Source: Spirochaetia bacterium
GTDB lineage: Bacteria > Spirochaetota > Spirochaetia > CADAEX01
NCBI GenBank assembly: GCA_963662265.2
Contig: CAXXHA010000010.1
Location: forward strand, 223,595-287,594
Length of the DNA: 64,000 nucleotides
Direction: 5' to 3'
Below, piece after piece: positions 28,698 through 37,083 of the stretch; the stretch's first letter is position 1, and the number at the start of each line of letters is the position of its first letter. Made by a program: the position numbers and the translations under genes. Under the pieces are notes generated by a model. The model did not search any database. It was not told the origin of the DNA and saw only the letters and a list, made by a program, of their open reading frames with translations.

Positions 28698-30757
28698 ATG
28701 CTTTCCCCCCTTTTTATCCTGTCTATCAGTGAATAACTTCGAATAATTTCTGCACTGCTCCAAGCCTGTGCAAAAGTGCCCTTTCCCCTGCCGGGATTCA
28801 TCCCGTCAAAGACTTCAGAAACAAATCCGGCCCCCTCTTTGAAAAGGTGCTGTTCAAGAAAACTGTCAAGAAATGCCTTTATCTCTTCAGCAGATTTTTC
28901 CTTATCATCAGATGCTCTGAGAGAAGCTTCTGTATAAATTCCGAAAAGCCAGGGCCAAACAGTCCCCTGATGGTATCTGCTGTCCCGTTCATTTCCCCCG
29001 CCTGAATACTCACCCTTAAACTCAGGATGATCAGGGCTCAGAGTTCTAAGACCGGATGATGTCAGAAGCTTTTCCCTGCAAACCTCAACCACAGAGCTCT
29101 TTTCAGCCTCCCCTATCGGGGAAAAGGGGAGAGAAACAGCCCACAGCATATTGGGTCTTACTGAAAAATCTTTTCCTGATTTGCTTACAGTATCAGCAAG
29201 ATAGCCTTCAGAAATTTTCCTCTTCTTATCTGAACTGTAAGCTTCTGAGGAGGCTTCTTGACTGATATAAGTAGAAGATCCACCAGATTCCACCCAGTAT
29301 CTTTCCCTGAAAACACTCCTGATTTTATCTGCAGTTGATTTATATTTTGCAGGGATATCAGCTTTCATGAATTCAGAAAGTTCAACGAAAAAAAGGAGGG
29401 CATTGTACCATAGCGCATTTATATCGACAGGGGATCCTCCCCGGGGAGTTACAGGGATATTGTTGACCATGGCATCCATCCATGTAAGCTGTGTATTTTC
29501 ACTTCCTGCAGTCAGAAGCCCATCCTCACTGACTGAAACATCAGTGGCACTTCCATCGAAAAATGCATCGAGAATCCCTTTTATATATTCACGGAATTCC
29601 GAAGCAGCCTTCCTGCCTCCCCTGACATTTCTGTAAAGCTGCTGCACTGCATAAACATACAGAAGAGAGGCATCCACCGAATTATAGGATTCAAAACCCT
29701 GTGTACCTGAAAGAGTGTTTGGAAGAAGCCCATTTCGTATAAGATTTGAATATGACCTGAGTATCTCTATGCCTGTTTCAGTCCTTCCGTTGTAAAATGT
29801 CAGCCCGGGAAGGGAAATCATTGTATCCCTGCCCCATTCACCGAACCATGGATATCCTGCAACAATGGAACTCAAGCCGCTGCTGTTTACAATTATGAAA
29901 CAGCCGGCCTTTTCCCTGAGAACTCTCAGAAGGCTGTTTTTCTCATTGCTGTATTTTCTTCTTTCCTTCTGCCTGTTCTTTTTTTCCTCTTCATAAATTT
30001 TCCCGAAATCTGAAGGAGAGATTATTTCATTATTTCTAATGGAAACTCCCATGAATATTTCATCGCCTGTATTAAAGTCAGATGAAAATGTTCCCGGCAT
30101 TATTCTGTCTTCCCTGAAATCAAATCCCCTCTCCAGTTCCTTCAGATATTCAGTATCTTTTATCCAGTATGAGGTATCAGCAAAATCTGTTTCCCTGCTG
30201 AAGCTGATATTGATACCGGGAAATGAATCATAACAGGAAAAAGAATAGCTGCTGCCGGTTTTCCGCATTCTGATATCAGCATCACTGTTTTCCTTTGCCA
30301 GATGATGGGAATTCCTGAGACTGAAAAGAAGATTAAGCTTTAGAGAATACTTTTTCTCCTTTCCGGAACTGTTTTTCATCCTGACAACAAGCCCGTTTTC
30401 AGGTGTCATCAGAATTTCAAGAGTGAATTCACAGTCGCCTTTTCTGTATTTCCATGAAGGAAAGGGATAATCGGAAAATGACTCAAGGTAGCAGTATCCG
30501 TCAGGATGTATTTCGCCGGGATACTGGCTGTTTGAAAATTCACACCCGGAATCCCCGTCTTCAATCACCGGCTCTATACCTGAGAGCAGAAGAAACCTCC
30601 CCTCAAGCCCCTCTACCGGAACAACATACAGCCCGTGATATTTTCTTGTATTGCAGAGAGAAACTGTTGATGAGGCATATCCCCCCTTTCCGTCAGTTTC
30701 AAGCCATTCAATATCAGTTACAGGATATTCGCCTTTAAAAGAAATTTTATTATCCAT
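28694..30757 (-). CDS. Amylo-alpha-1,6-glucosidase-type glycogen debranching enzyme (GDE family)
   Basis: N-terminal GDE_N-like domain (TDGKGGYASSTV...TRKYHGL); C-terminal (alpha/alpha)6 domain (GYPWFGEWGRDTMISL, YHQGTVWPWL). Confidence 0.8.
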   Translation of the reverse strand: MDNKISFKGEYPVTDIEWLETDGKGGYASSTVSLCNTRKYHGLYVVPVEGLEGRFLLLSGIEPVIEDGDSGCEFSNSQYPGEIHPDGYCYLESFSDYPFPSWKYRKGDCEFTLEILMTPENGLVVRMKNSSGKEKKYSLKLNLLFSLRNSHHLAKENSDADIRMRKTGSSYSFSCYDSFPGINISFSRETDFADTSYWIKDTEYLKELERGFDFREDRIMPGTFSSDFNTGDEIFMGVSIRNNEIISPSDFGKIYEEEKKNRQKERRKYSNEKNSLLRVLREKAGCFIIVNSSGLSSIVAGYPWFGEWGRDTMISLPGLTFYNGRTETGIEILRSYSNLIRNGLLPNTLSGTQGFESYNSVDASLLYVYAVQQLYRNVRGGRKAASEFREYIKGILDAFFDGSATDVSVSEDGLLTAGSENTQLTWMDAMVNNIPVTPRGGSPVDINALWYNALLFFVELSEFMKADIPAKYKSTADKIRSVFRERYWVESGGSSTYISQEASSEAYSSDKKRKISEGYLADTVSKSGKDFSVRPNMLWAVSLPFSPIGEAEKSSVVEVCREKLLTSSGLRTLSPDHPEFKGEYSGGGNERDSRYHQGTVWPWLFGIYTEASLRASDDKEKSAEEIKAFLDSFLEQHLFKEGAGFVSEVFDGMNPGRGKGTFAQAWSSAEIIRSYSLIDRIKRGESI

Positions 30758-30901
30758 ACCTTATTTCCCAGCTCATAGCTTTTCAATAGATACTGGAGCC
30801 TTAATATCCTGAAGTCATTATCAGGATCAGTAAAATCATCAGCCCTGTTTCTGATATAACAGTAAATGCCTATCAGATATTTAAAATGCCTTTCAAGGCC
30901 C

Positions 30902-32935
30902 TCATAATTTACGAAAAACCAAAGCAGTCCTTGTGGGAAGATAGAGTGGAAGATAATAATCATCTCCCCGCTTCTGTGCTTCAAGTTCCAGTTTTTCCGG
31001 AATCCTGCCGTATCCTCCGAACTGCTCTGAATCTGAATCAAGCACAAGAGAGTATTTTCCCTTTCCGATTTGAAAACTGTAATCAACATATGAATCAGAA
31101 GGATCTGTATTTATAAAATAAAACAGCCCCCCCCTGCTGTATGCAAGGACATGATCACTGTTGTGGACATGGATAAGTTCTGCATATCCGCAGTCGACAG
31201 AGCTGCTGCATTCCCTTATCATTGCCTGGTCAAAATTAAGCAGCAGATGGTATTTAAGCTCCCTGTTCTCTGCAAGAGACCACTGGCGCCTGGCATAATG
31301 ATACGACCAGTTGTTACCTTCCCTGGGAAAATCAATCCATTCAGGATGACCGAATTCATTCCCCATGAAATTCATATAACTGTTTCCGGCGCATGAAAAA
31401 GTCAGGAGCCTTATTATCTTGTGAAGCGCCATACCGCGAGAGATTAAAACAGAGTCATCGCCGATTTTCATATGGTAATACATCTCGGCATCCATCAGCC
31501 TGAAAGCAATTGTCTTGTCCCCTACAAGGGCCTGGTCATGTGATTCACAGTAGGCAATGTTTTTTTCACTCCACCTTCTGTTTGAAAGCTGGTTCCAGAT
31601 TTCCTCGAGGTTCCAGTCCTCATCCCTTTTTTCCTTGATAATTTTAATCCAGAAATCGGGAATCCCCATTCCCAGCCTGTAGTCAAACCCGATTCCCCCT
31701 TTTTCAACAGGGAATGCCATCCCGGGATAGCCGCTCATATCTTCAGCAATTGTAATGAAGTCAGGATTAACTTCATGCATCATCCTGTTGGCCAGGGTAA
31801 GATATGTAAGCGCCTCAACATCGGTGTTCTCAGAAAAGTAGTAATCATAATTTGAAAAACTGCTTTCAAGGCCGTGATTGTGGTATATCATGCTTGTAAC
31901 ACCGTCAAACCGGAATCCGTCAATTCTGTACTCATCCGCCCAGAACATGCAGTTTGAAAGGAGAAAATGGAGAACTTCAGGTTTCTTATAATCAAACAGC
32001 TTGGAGTCCCATGCAGGATGGTCACCCTTTCCCCCCTCATGAAAATACTGGTATGTTGTGCCGTCAAAACTCCTCAGCCCCTCGTTGTCATTCTTTACAG
32101 AATGGGAGTGAATCAGGTCCATTATGACTTTGAGTCCGTGTTTATGGCATTTATCAACCAGCGACTTGAACTCTTCAGGTGTCCCGAACCTTGAGGATAG
32201 TGCAAAAAAGTTTGACACCTGGTATCCGAAAGAACCGTAATAGGGATGCTCCATAAGCGCCATGAACTGGACAGCGGTATAACCACCCCTGACAATATGG
32301 GGAATGACATGTTTCGCGAATTCAGAAAAACTGCCTACACAGTATTTTTCCGTGGCCATTCCGACATGGGCCTCGTAAATAAGGAGGGGAACTGATGAAT
32401 CAGAGGGCATATCTTTTTCTGAAACAGAATCTTCTTTCTTTTCTGTATCCTTTTTTACAGGAGAATATTTCCATCTGTATTTTTTTTCAGGATCCCAGAA
32501 CTGGGAGGAGAAAATATGAGTCTTCTCATCCTGGAGAACACGCCTCGCATAGGGGGAAATCCTTTCTCCCTCGCCTCCCGGCCACTTCAGATAATACTTA
32601 TACAGTGTCCCGTGTTTCATAACGGAACTTTCAAGTTCAAGTTCCCAGTCGCCTCTCCTATTTATCCTGGAAAACCTGTATTTTTCGATCGGCTTCCAGT
32701 CAGAGAAATTTCCGATAAGAAAAACTTCTTCAGCATTGGGCGCCCATTCCCTTATGACAGTCTTTTTACCACTCTTATGGACACCGTAGAAAAGATGGGC
32801 AGAAGCAAATCCGTGCAGATTTCCGTCCGGAGCAATCCTTTTCTCTGTGTCAAGAAAATTTCCAATCCGGTATTCGATAGAAGACCTGTATGGTTCAAGA
32901 TACGGGTCTGTAGCAATCAGTTCAAGACTGCCCAT
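30902..32935 (-). CDS. glgB: 1,4-alpha-glucan branching enzyme (GH13, eukaryote-like subgroup)
   Basis: CBM48-like N-terminus; DLIHSHS, GFRFDGVTSM, ITIAEDMSG, YCESHDQALVG. Confidence 0.85.
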   Translation of the reverse strand: MGSLELIATDPYLEPYRSSIEYRIGNFLDTEKRIAPDGNLHGFASAHLFYGVHKSGKKTVIREWAPNAEEVFLIGNFSDWKPIEKYRFSRINRRGDWELELESSVMKHGTLYKYYLKWPGGEGERISPYARRVLQDEKTHIFSSQFWDPEKKYRWKYSPVKKDTEKKEDSVSEKDMPSDSSVPLLIYEAHVGMATEKYCVGSFSEFAKHVIPHIVRGGYTAVQFMALMEHPYYGSFGYQVSNFFALSSRFGTPEEFKSLVDKCHKHGLKVIMDLIHSHSVKNDNEGLRSFDGTTYQYFHEGGKGDHPAWDSKLFDYKKPEVLHFLLSNCMFWADEYRIDGFRFDGVTSMIYHNHGLESSFSNYDYYFSENTDVEALTYLTLANRMMHEVNPDFITIAEDMSGYPGMAFPVEKGGIGFDYRLGMGIPDFWIKIIKEKRDEDWNLEEIWNQLSNRRWSEKNIAYCESHDQALVGDKTIAFRLMDAEMYYHMKIGDDSVLISRGMALHKIIRLLTFSCAGNSYMNFMGNEFGHPEWIDFPREGNNWSYHYARRQWSLAENRELKYHLLLNFDQAMIRECSSSVDCGYAELIHVHNSDHVLAYSRGGLFYFINTDPSDSYVDYSFQIGKGKYSLVLDSDSEQFGGYGRIPEKLELEAQKRGDDYYLPLYLPTRTALVFRKL

Positions 32936-33021
32936 AATATCTCCTCTTACCTGTACAGTAATTACATAGATATGGTTTAAATTTTATCCTGTGTTTTTAA
33001 TTATAGTCTGTTAAAAAAATA

Positions 33022-33666
33022 TTACAAATTATTAGAAAAGTATTTTCTTATCTCTTTCATTGAGAAGCCTTTTGAGATGAGTTTTCTGATTATTTTTTCG
33101 TCTGTATTGTTTTTATTTCGCCTGAGTTTTTCGACCTGCCTGGTAACAGCATCTTCGGCTGTTTCTTCGGTAAAAATTTCATTAACAACAGATTCCGCAG
33201 TCTCCCTGTCCACTCCGCGTGAAGAAAGCATCCCTTTCAGTATATAGGGACCTGCAGGATTTTTCCTGAGACGTGAACTGACCCATTGATGGGCATATTC
33301 CCTGTCATTTATTAGATTTTTATTCCTGAGATATAAACAGGCAGCTTCCGAAGCTTCCCTGGAGAAACCTCTTTTCAGGAGCTTCATTTTCAGCAGGTAT
33401 TCTGTCTGGGGAGAAATTGAGAGCAGGCTGATGGATTTGTTTACCGCACTTCTTTTTTCATCAAGATTTTTTAATTCACTGTACTTGTCGAGAGATATTT
33501 CATCGCCCTCTGTAATTCCGGCCTCATTAAAATCCTCATTCAGTAATAAAAAAGGGGAACTGTATGAGAACTTAATCTCAACTGCAGAACCCCTTTCTGA
33601 TATATTCTGAATAAAGAAATTATCGTTTTGAGAACTGGAACTTTCTTCTTGCACCTTTCTGGCCAA
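33022..33666 (-). CDS. recX: RecX-family regulatory protein
   Basis: YLLKMKLLKRGFSREASEAACLYLRNKNLINDREYAHQWV...ILKGMLSSRGVD shows the three-helix repeat pattern. The only canonical start (ATG 33666) lies 47 nt inside rpsI. Confidence 0.7.
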   Translation of the reverse strand: MARKVQEESSSSQNDNFFIQNISERGSAVEIKFSYSSPFLLLNEDFNEAGITEGDEISLDKYSELKNLDEKRSAVNKSISLLSISPQTEYLLKMKLLKRGFSREASEAACLYLRNKNLINDREYAHQWVSSRLRKNPAGPYILKGMLSSRGVDRETAESVVNEIFTEETAEDAVTRQVEKLRRNKNNTDEKIIRKLISKGFSMKEIRKYFSNNL

Positions 33667-34012
33667 ATTTCTTTCTTTCCACCATTCTCGGGTCTCTTGT
33701 AAGAAAGCCGTTTGCTCTTAATGTTGAAATATTAGTTTCATCATTGTGAGCAAGAGCTCTTGCAATCCCATGTCTGCAGGCACCAGCCTGTCCAGTAATA
33801 CCGCCGCCGACTACATTTATAACAAGATCAAACTTTCCTTCACAGTCAAGTGCTGCAAGAGGCTGTTTGAGAACATAAACATGCTCGGGGTTTACAAAAT
33901 ATTCTTCTACAGTTTTTCCGTTTACTGTTATAGCTCCGTTACCGCTTCTGAGGTATACACGTGCTACAGCAGTTTTTCTTCGTCCTGTTCCTAAAGCAAG
34001 ATTTTTTACCAC
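33620..34012 (-). CDS. rpsI: 30S ribosomal protein S9
   Basis: GTGRRKTAVARVYL...GGGITGQAGACRHGIARAL...KFQFSKR. Confidence 0.95.
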   Translation of the reverse strand: MVKNLALGTGRRKTAVARVYLRSGNGAITVNGKTVEEYFVNPEHVYVLKQPLAALDCEGKFDLVINVVGGGITGQAGACRHGIARALAHNDETNISTLRANGFLTRDPRMVERKKFGQKGARRKFQFSKR

Positions 34013-34028
34013 TTATACACTCCTAATC

Positions 34029-34457
34029 CTATAACTCATACTTTTCAGGGTTCTGAGCTGCATGCGGGTGATCCGCTCCGGCATAAATCTTAACATTTCT
34101 GTACATTGTGTTGCCGAGAGCTCCCTTGGGAAGCATTCCTCTTACAGCTTTTTCCATTGGGAAAGTAGGTTTTCTTGCGATTACCTTTCTATAGCTTTCC
34201 ACTTTTAACCCGCCCGGATAACCGGTGTGTTTGTAGTAAAGTTTCTTGTCTTCTTTACCGCCTGTTACTACTGCTTTTTCCGCATTTACAATAATAACAT
34301 AATCTCCTAGCGCCTGATGAGGGACAAAGCATGCTTTGTGCTTGCCTCTTAAAAGGTTTACAGCTTTTACAGCTACCCTGCCGAGTTTCTCGCCCTCAGC
34401 ATCTATAATAAACCATTTTCTTTCAACATCTTTCGGCTTTACGAAAATTGTTTTCAT
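34029..34457 (-). CDS. rplM: 50S ribosomal protein L13
   Basis: WFIIDAEGEKLGRVA...LRGKHK...GDYVIIVNAEK...KLYYKHTGYPGG. Confidence 0.95.
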   Translation of the reverse strand: MKTIFVKPKDVERKWFIIDAEGEKLGRVAVKAVNLLRGKHKACFVPHQALGDYVIIVNAEKAVVTGGKEDKKLYYKHTGYPGGLKVESYRKVIARKPTFPMEKAVRGMLPKGALGNTMYRNVKIYAGADHPHAAQNPEKYEL

Positions 34458-34795
34458 AAAAATCAGCCCTTGTATTCAAATTTATTTTTTCAGGTTCGGT
34501 TATTGCACAGCTAAGCTGAGTGTAACGGGTCGCAGAGCTCTGGAAAAATACCTGCACCTGATATATAGCACTTATACAGTACTAAAAGTTTATTAAAATA
34601 TCCTCTTTAGTCAAGAGGCGGAGTATTGAATTTGCTTGATTAAAACGTTTCTTTACAGGTAAAATAACCTGATTTAAGGATATAGATAATTATTGATAAT
34701 TAAAATATATAATCGATAACATTATTTAATTAAAACAATAAAGAAGTCCTTAAAGCCCATAATAATTTAATCTTTCTCTGCAAAGGAGATATTAC

Positions 34796-35239
34796 GTGGA
34801 TATTGATTTCAGAGCCATAAAAAGGCAGGATATTGAAGAACTTGTAAAAATATGTTCAGGAATCGGCGGATACAACATCAGATATGAGCACATGTCGGAA
34901 CGGGTCAGAGATGTGATGAAATCCCATCAGGGAACTGTTATTGTTGCAGTTGATAATTCAAACTCAGTTATAGGATGGATTCAGCTGGAAATATGTTCTT
35001 CCATTCTCCAGGATAAATGCTGCAATATCACAGGTGTCTATGTAATTCCAAACTACAGGGGAAGAAAAATAGGTAAAATGCTTATTGAGAAAGGAAAGGA
35101 ATGGAGCCAGGAGCAGGACTGCTCAAGCCTTACCATATTATCAGAACACAATAGAATTGATTCCCATAATTTTTACAAGCATCTCGGATTCAAACACCTG
35201 AAAACCGAAGAAAGTTTTCATATGGAAATAGAAGAATAA
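34796..35239 (+). CDS. GNAT-family N-acetyltransferase
   Basis: GTG start with AGGAGA upstream; ITGVYVIPNYRGRKIGKMLIEKG is an acetyl-CoA binding motif A. Confidence 0.8.
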   Translation: MDIDFRAIKRQDIEELVKICSGIGGYNIRYEHMSERVRDVMKSHQGTVIVAVDNSNSVIGWIQLEICSSILQDKCCNITGVYVIPNYRGRKIGKMLIEKGKEWSQEQDCSSLTILSEHNRIDSHNFYKHLGFKHLKTEESFHMEIEE

Positions 35240-35267
35240 TTTTTATAAAAACTGACAATAAAATACG

Positions 35268-35303
35268 GCCCGGAATTGTATATCAGCAATCCGGGCTTTT
35301 TTT
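35268..35303 (+). terminator. Terminator shared by the convergent GNAT gene and the 98-aa membrane protein gene
   Basis: GCCCGGA...TCCGGGC stem followed by T7. The T tract overlaps the stop codon of the minus-strand gene. Confidence 0.75.
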
Positions 35304-35598
35304 ATCTCCGGAGGTTTTTTACAGCCTTGATAATCAAGGCAATCAGAAGCATGAGAACAGGAAATATTTCAGAAACAACAGAAAGAATATCAATTTCCCT
35401 GTAGATAAGAAGTCCAGGCAGAATAATACCGAAAAAGATCAGGGTTCTGTATACCACTGATACATAGAAAGCAATAACCGAAAGAATAATGAAAATCCAG
35501 CAGCTGTCTCTAGCCCTGGTCCATATAATAATTGCTGTAAATACAGCGGCAGCCCAGAATATATTATTCAGAAGCATTGACACCATATGTGTACTCAT
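35302..35598 (-). CDS. Small integral membrane protein (3 predicted TM segments)
   Basis: 98 aa, strongly hydrophobic. The ATG overlaps the upstream stop (TAATG), implying coupling. Confidence 0.55.
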   Translation of the reverse strand: MSTHMVSMLLNNIFWAAAVFTAIIIWTRARDSCWIFIILSVIAFYVSVVYRTLIFFGIILPGLLIYREIDILSVVSEIFPVLMLLIALIIKAVKNLRR

Positions 35599-36407
35599 TA
35601 TTTAATCTCTCCCGATATTTTATTGACCGTAATCATGAAATTTTCCATCTCTCCTCTGGAAATCTCTCCGGGGAGAACAGAAGGAACACTGTAAACAGGG
35701 GAAAGAAGATATCCCCGTTCAAGAAAAGCTTTAAAAACCTTTTCATGATTTTTTTCATCATAACATGGAATCAGATATGCCCCTTTCCTTTCCCAGAGTT
35801 TTTTTATTTCTTCTGCCTCAGCATCCCATATTTCATACAGATTGCTTTTCAAAGATTCAATCAGTTTATAAATTACATTAATAAAAGGGGCTAGAAGTAC
35901 AGGAGAGACAGAATCACCTGAAGGGAATTCAGGCAGCTGTTTGAGGCTTAATACAAGAGCAGGTGAAAAACTTCCCGACATGGGAATAACAGGTATTACA
36001 TATCTGTATTTTTCAAGAAGATCAGAAATAGAATAACCGGAAAAGGGATGCCAGAAAACAGTATCTGCTGAAGGATTTTCAGGTACAGGGAAAAAACAAG
36101 GTTCTTCCCTGCCGAGTCCCGCAAAAAGTGTTCTGTAGTCAGTAAAAACAGAAAAAAAGACAGAGTCCCCTGCAAAGGCCTTAACCGCGTTTTTCAAACG
36201 GATATCATACCTGGTTCTGCAGGAAAAAAAGACACCCTTATCCACTGCCTGTTTCATGGAAAGGGAAGTGCCGGAAACACGGTGCCCCAGAACAGCTTTC
36301 CCGCTGTCCTGATAAAAATCTATAATTCTTTTTCCATTATTACAATATAATCTGTAACCGCGAGCACGGCTTATTTCAGGAAGCTGTTCCAGTAAACCTC
36401 TGTTCAT
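35598..36407 (-). CDS. Hypothetical protein whose N- and C-terminal ends resemble a class III aminotransferase; the PLP core is missing
   Basis: ARGYRLYCNNGKRIIDFYQDSGKAVLGH resembles the N-terminus of HemL-type enzymes, and GYLLSPVYSVPSVLPGEISRGEMENF resembles their C-terminus. It is only 269 aa and I see no PLP-lysine block. Confidence 0.5.
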   Translation of the reverse strand: MNRGLLEQLPEISRARGYRLYCNNGKRIIDFYQDSGKAVLGHRVSGTSLSMKQAVDKGVFFSCRTRYDIRLKNAVKAFAGDSVFFSVFTDYRTLFAGLGREEPCFFPVPENPSADTVFWHPFSGYSISDLLEKYRYVIPVIPMSGSFSPALVLSLKQLPEFPSGDSVSPVLLAPFINVIYKLIESLKSNLYEIWDAEAEEIKKLWERKGAYLIPCYDEKNHEKVFKAFLERGYLLSPVYSVPSVLPGEISRGEMENFMITVNKISGEIK

Positions 36408-36486
36408 AATCCGATATTATCAGTTATATACAGTTTTTACCACAGAAATCAGAGTTTCAGGTAACTGTTTTATGACTGAATTGATT

Positions 36487-36873
36487 TCAGCAGGCTTTTA
36501 TAGCCAGGTATTGGTAAACTTTATCAAGTTTTCTCTTTATCAGAACAAATACGACTTCCGGAAGTCCTGCATCTCTGACCTTGTCTTCAAAAAACTTATA
36601 GACATCTTTGACAAGGTCATCCAGGGAATCATATTTATCTATAAGATTGTCAATTTCATTTTCCATTTCCCTGATTCCGAGAAGTTCTGATTTAAATGTG
36701 GAGAGATTTTCCAAGAAAACATAATCAGTAATTTTATGCTCATCATGTTTCTGCCGGAGCAATTCCTCACTGAATGAAATATCATTTTCCAGATCTTCAA
36801 GTTCAATTTTCAGGATTTTCAGATATCTTTCAATTTTATGCTTCATTGCAACCTCCATAATGCTTTCGAGCAC
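36487..36873 (-). CDS. Hypothetical acidic coiled-coil protein
   Basis: 128-aa ORF, Glu/Lys/Leu-rich heptad-like sequence; no recognisable family. Confidence 0.45.
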   Translation of the reverse strand: MLESIMEVAMKHKIERYLKILKIELEDLENDISFSEELLRQKHDEHKITDYVFLENLSTFKSELLGIREMENEIDNLIDKYDSLDDLVKDVYKFFEDKVRDAGLPEVVFVLIKRKLDKVYQYLAIKAC

Positions 36874-37083
36874 TTTCCTCCGGAAAGTCTCTGCCGCTAA
36901 TGATAAAAACAGGTTTTTATCATTTCTCTATATATAAATATAGGGCGTTACTTACTATATATGCAAATTTTTTATTCCTGTTATTAAATTTCAAAAGCGG
37001 CATGCCTTCATGGCAGCTTTTCATATTTTTAGAGTATGGATTTGAAGATTATTTTCCTGAAGGTTTGGAAGATAAAAAAGCAA

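Noticed and set aside
30718-31089. 123-aa ORF spanning the glgB/debranching-enzyme junction
   Set aside because: It overlaps the 3' end of glgB and the 5' end of the GDE gene in other frames. It has no recognisable features and is most likely spurious.
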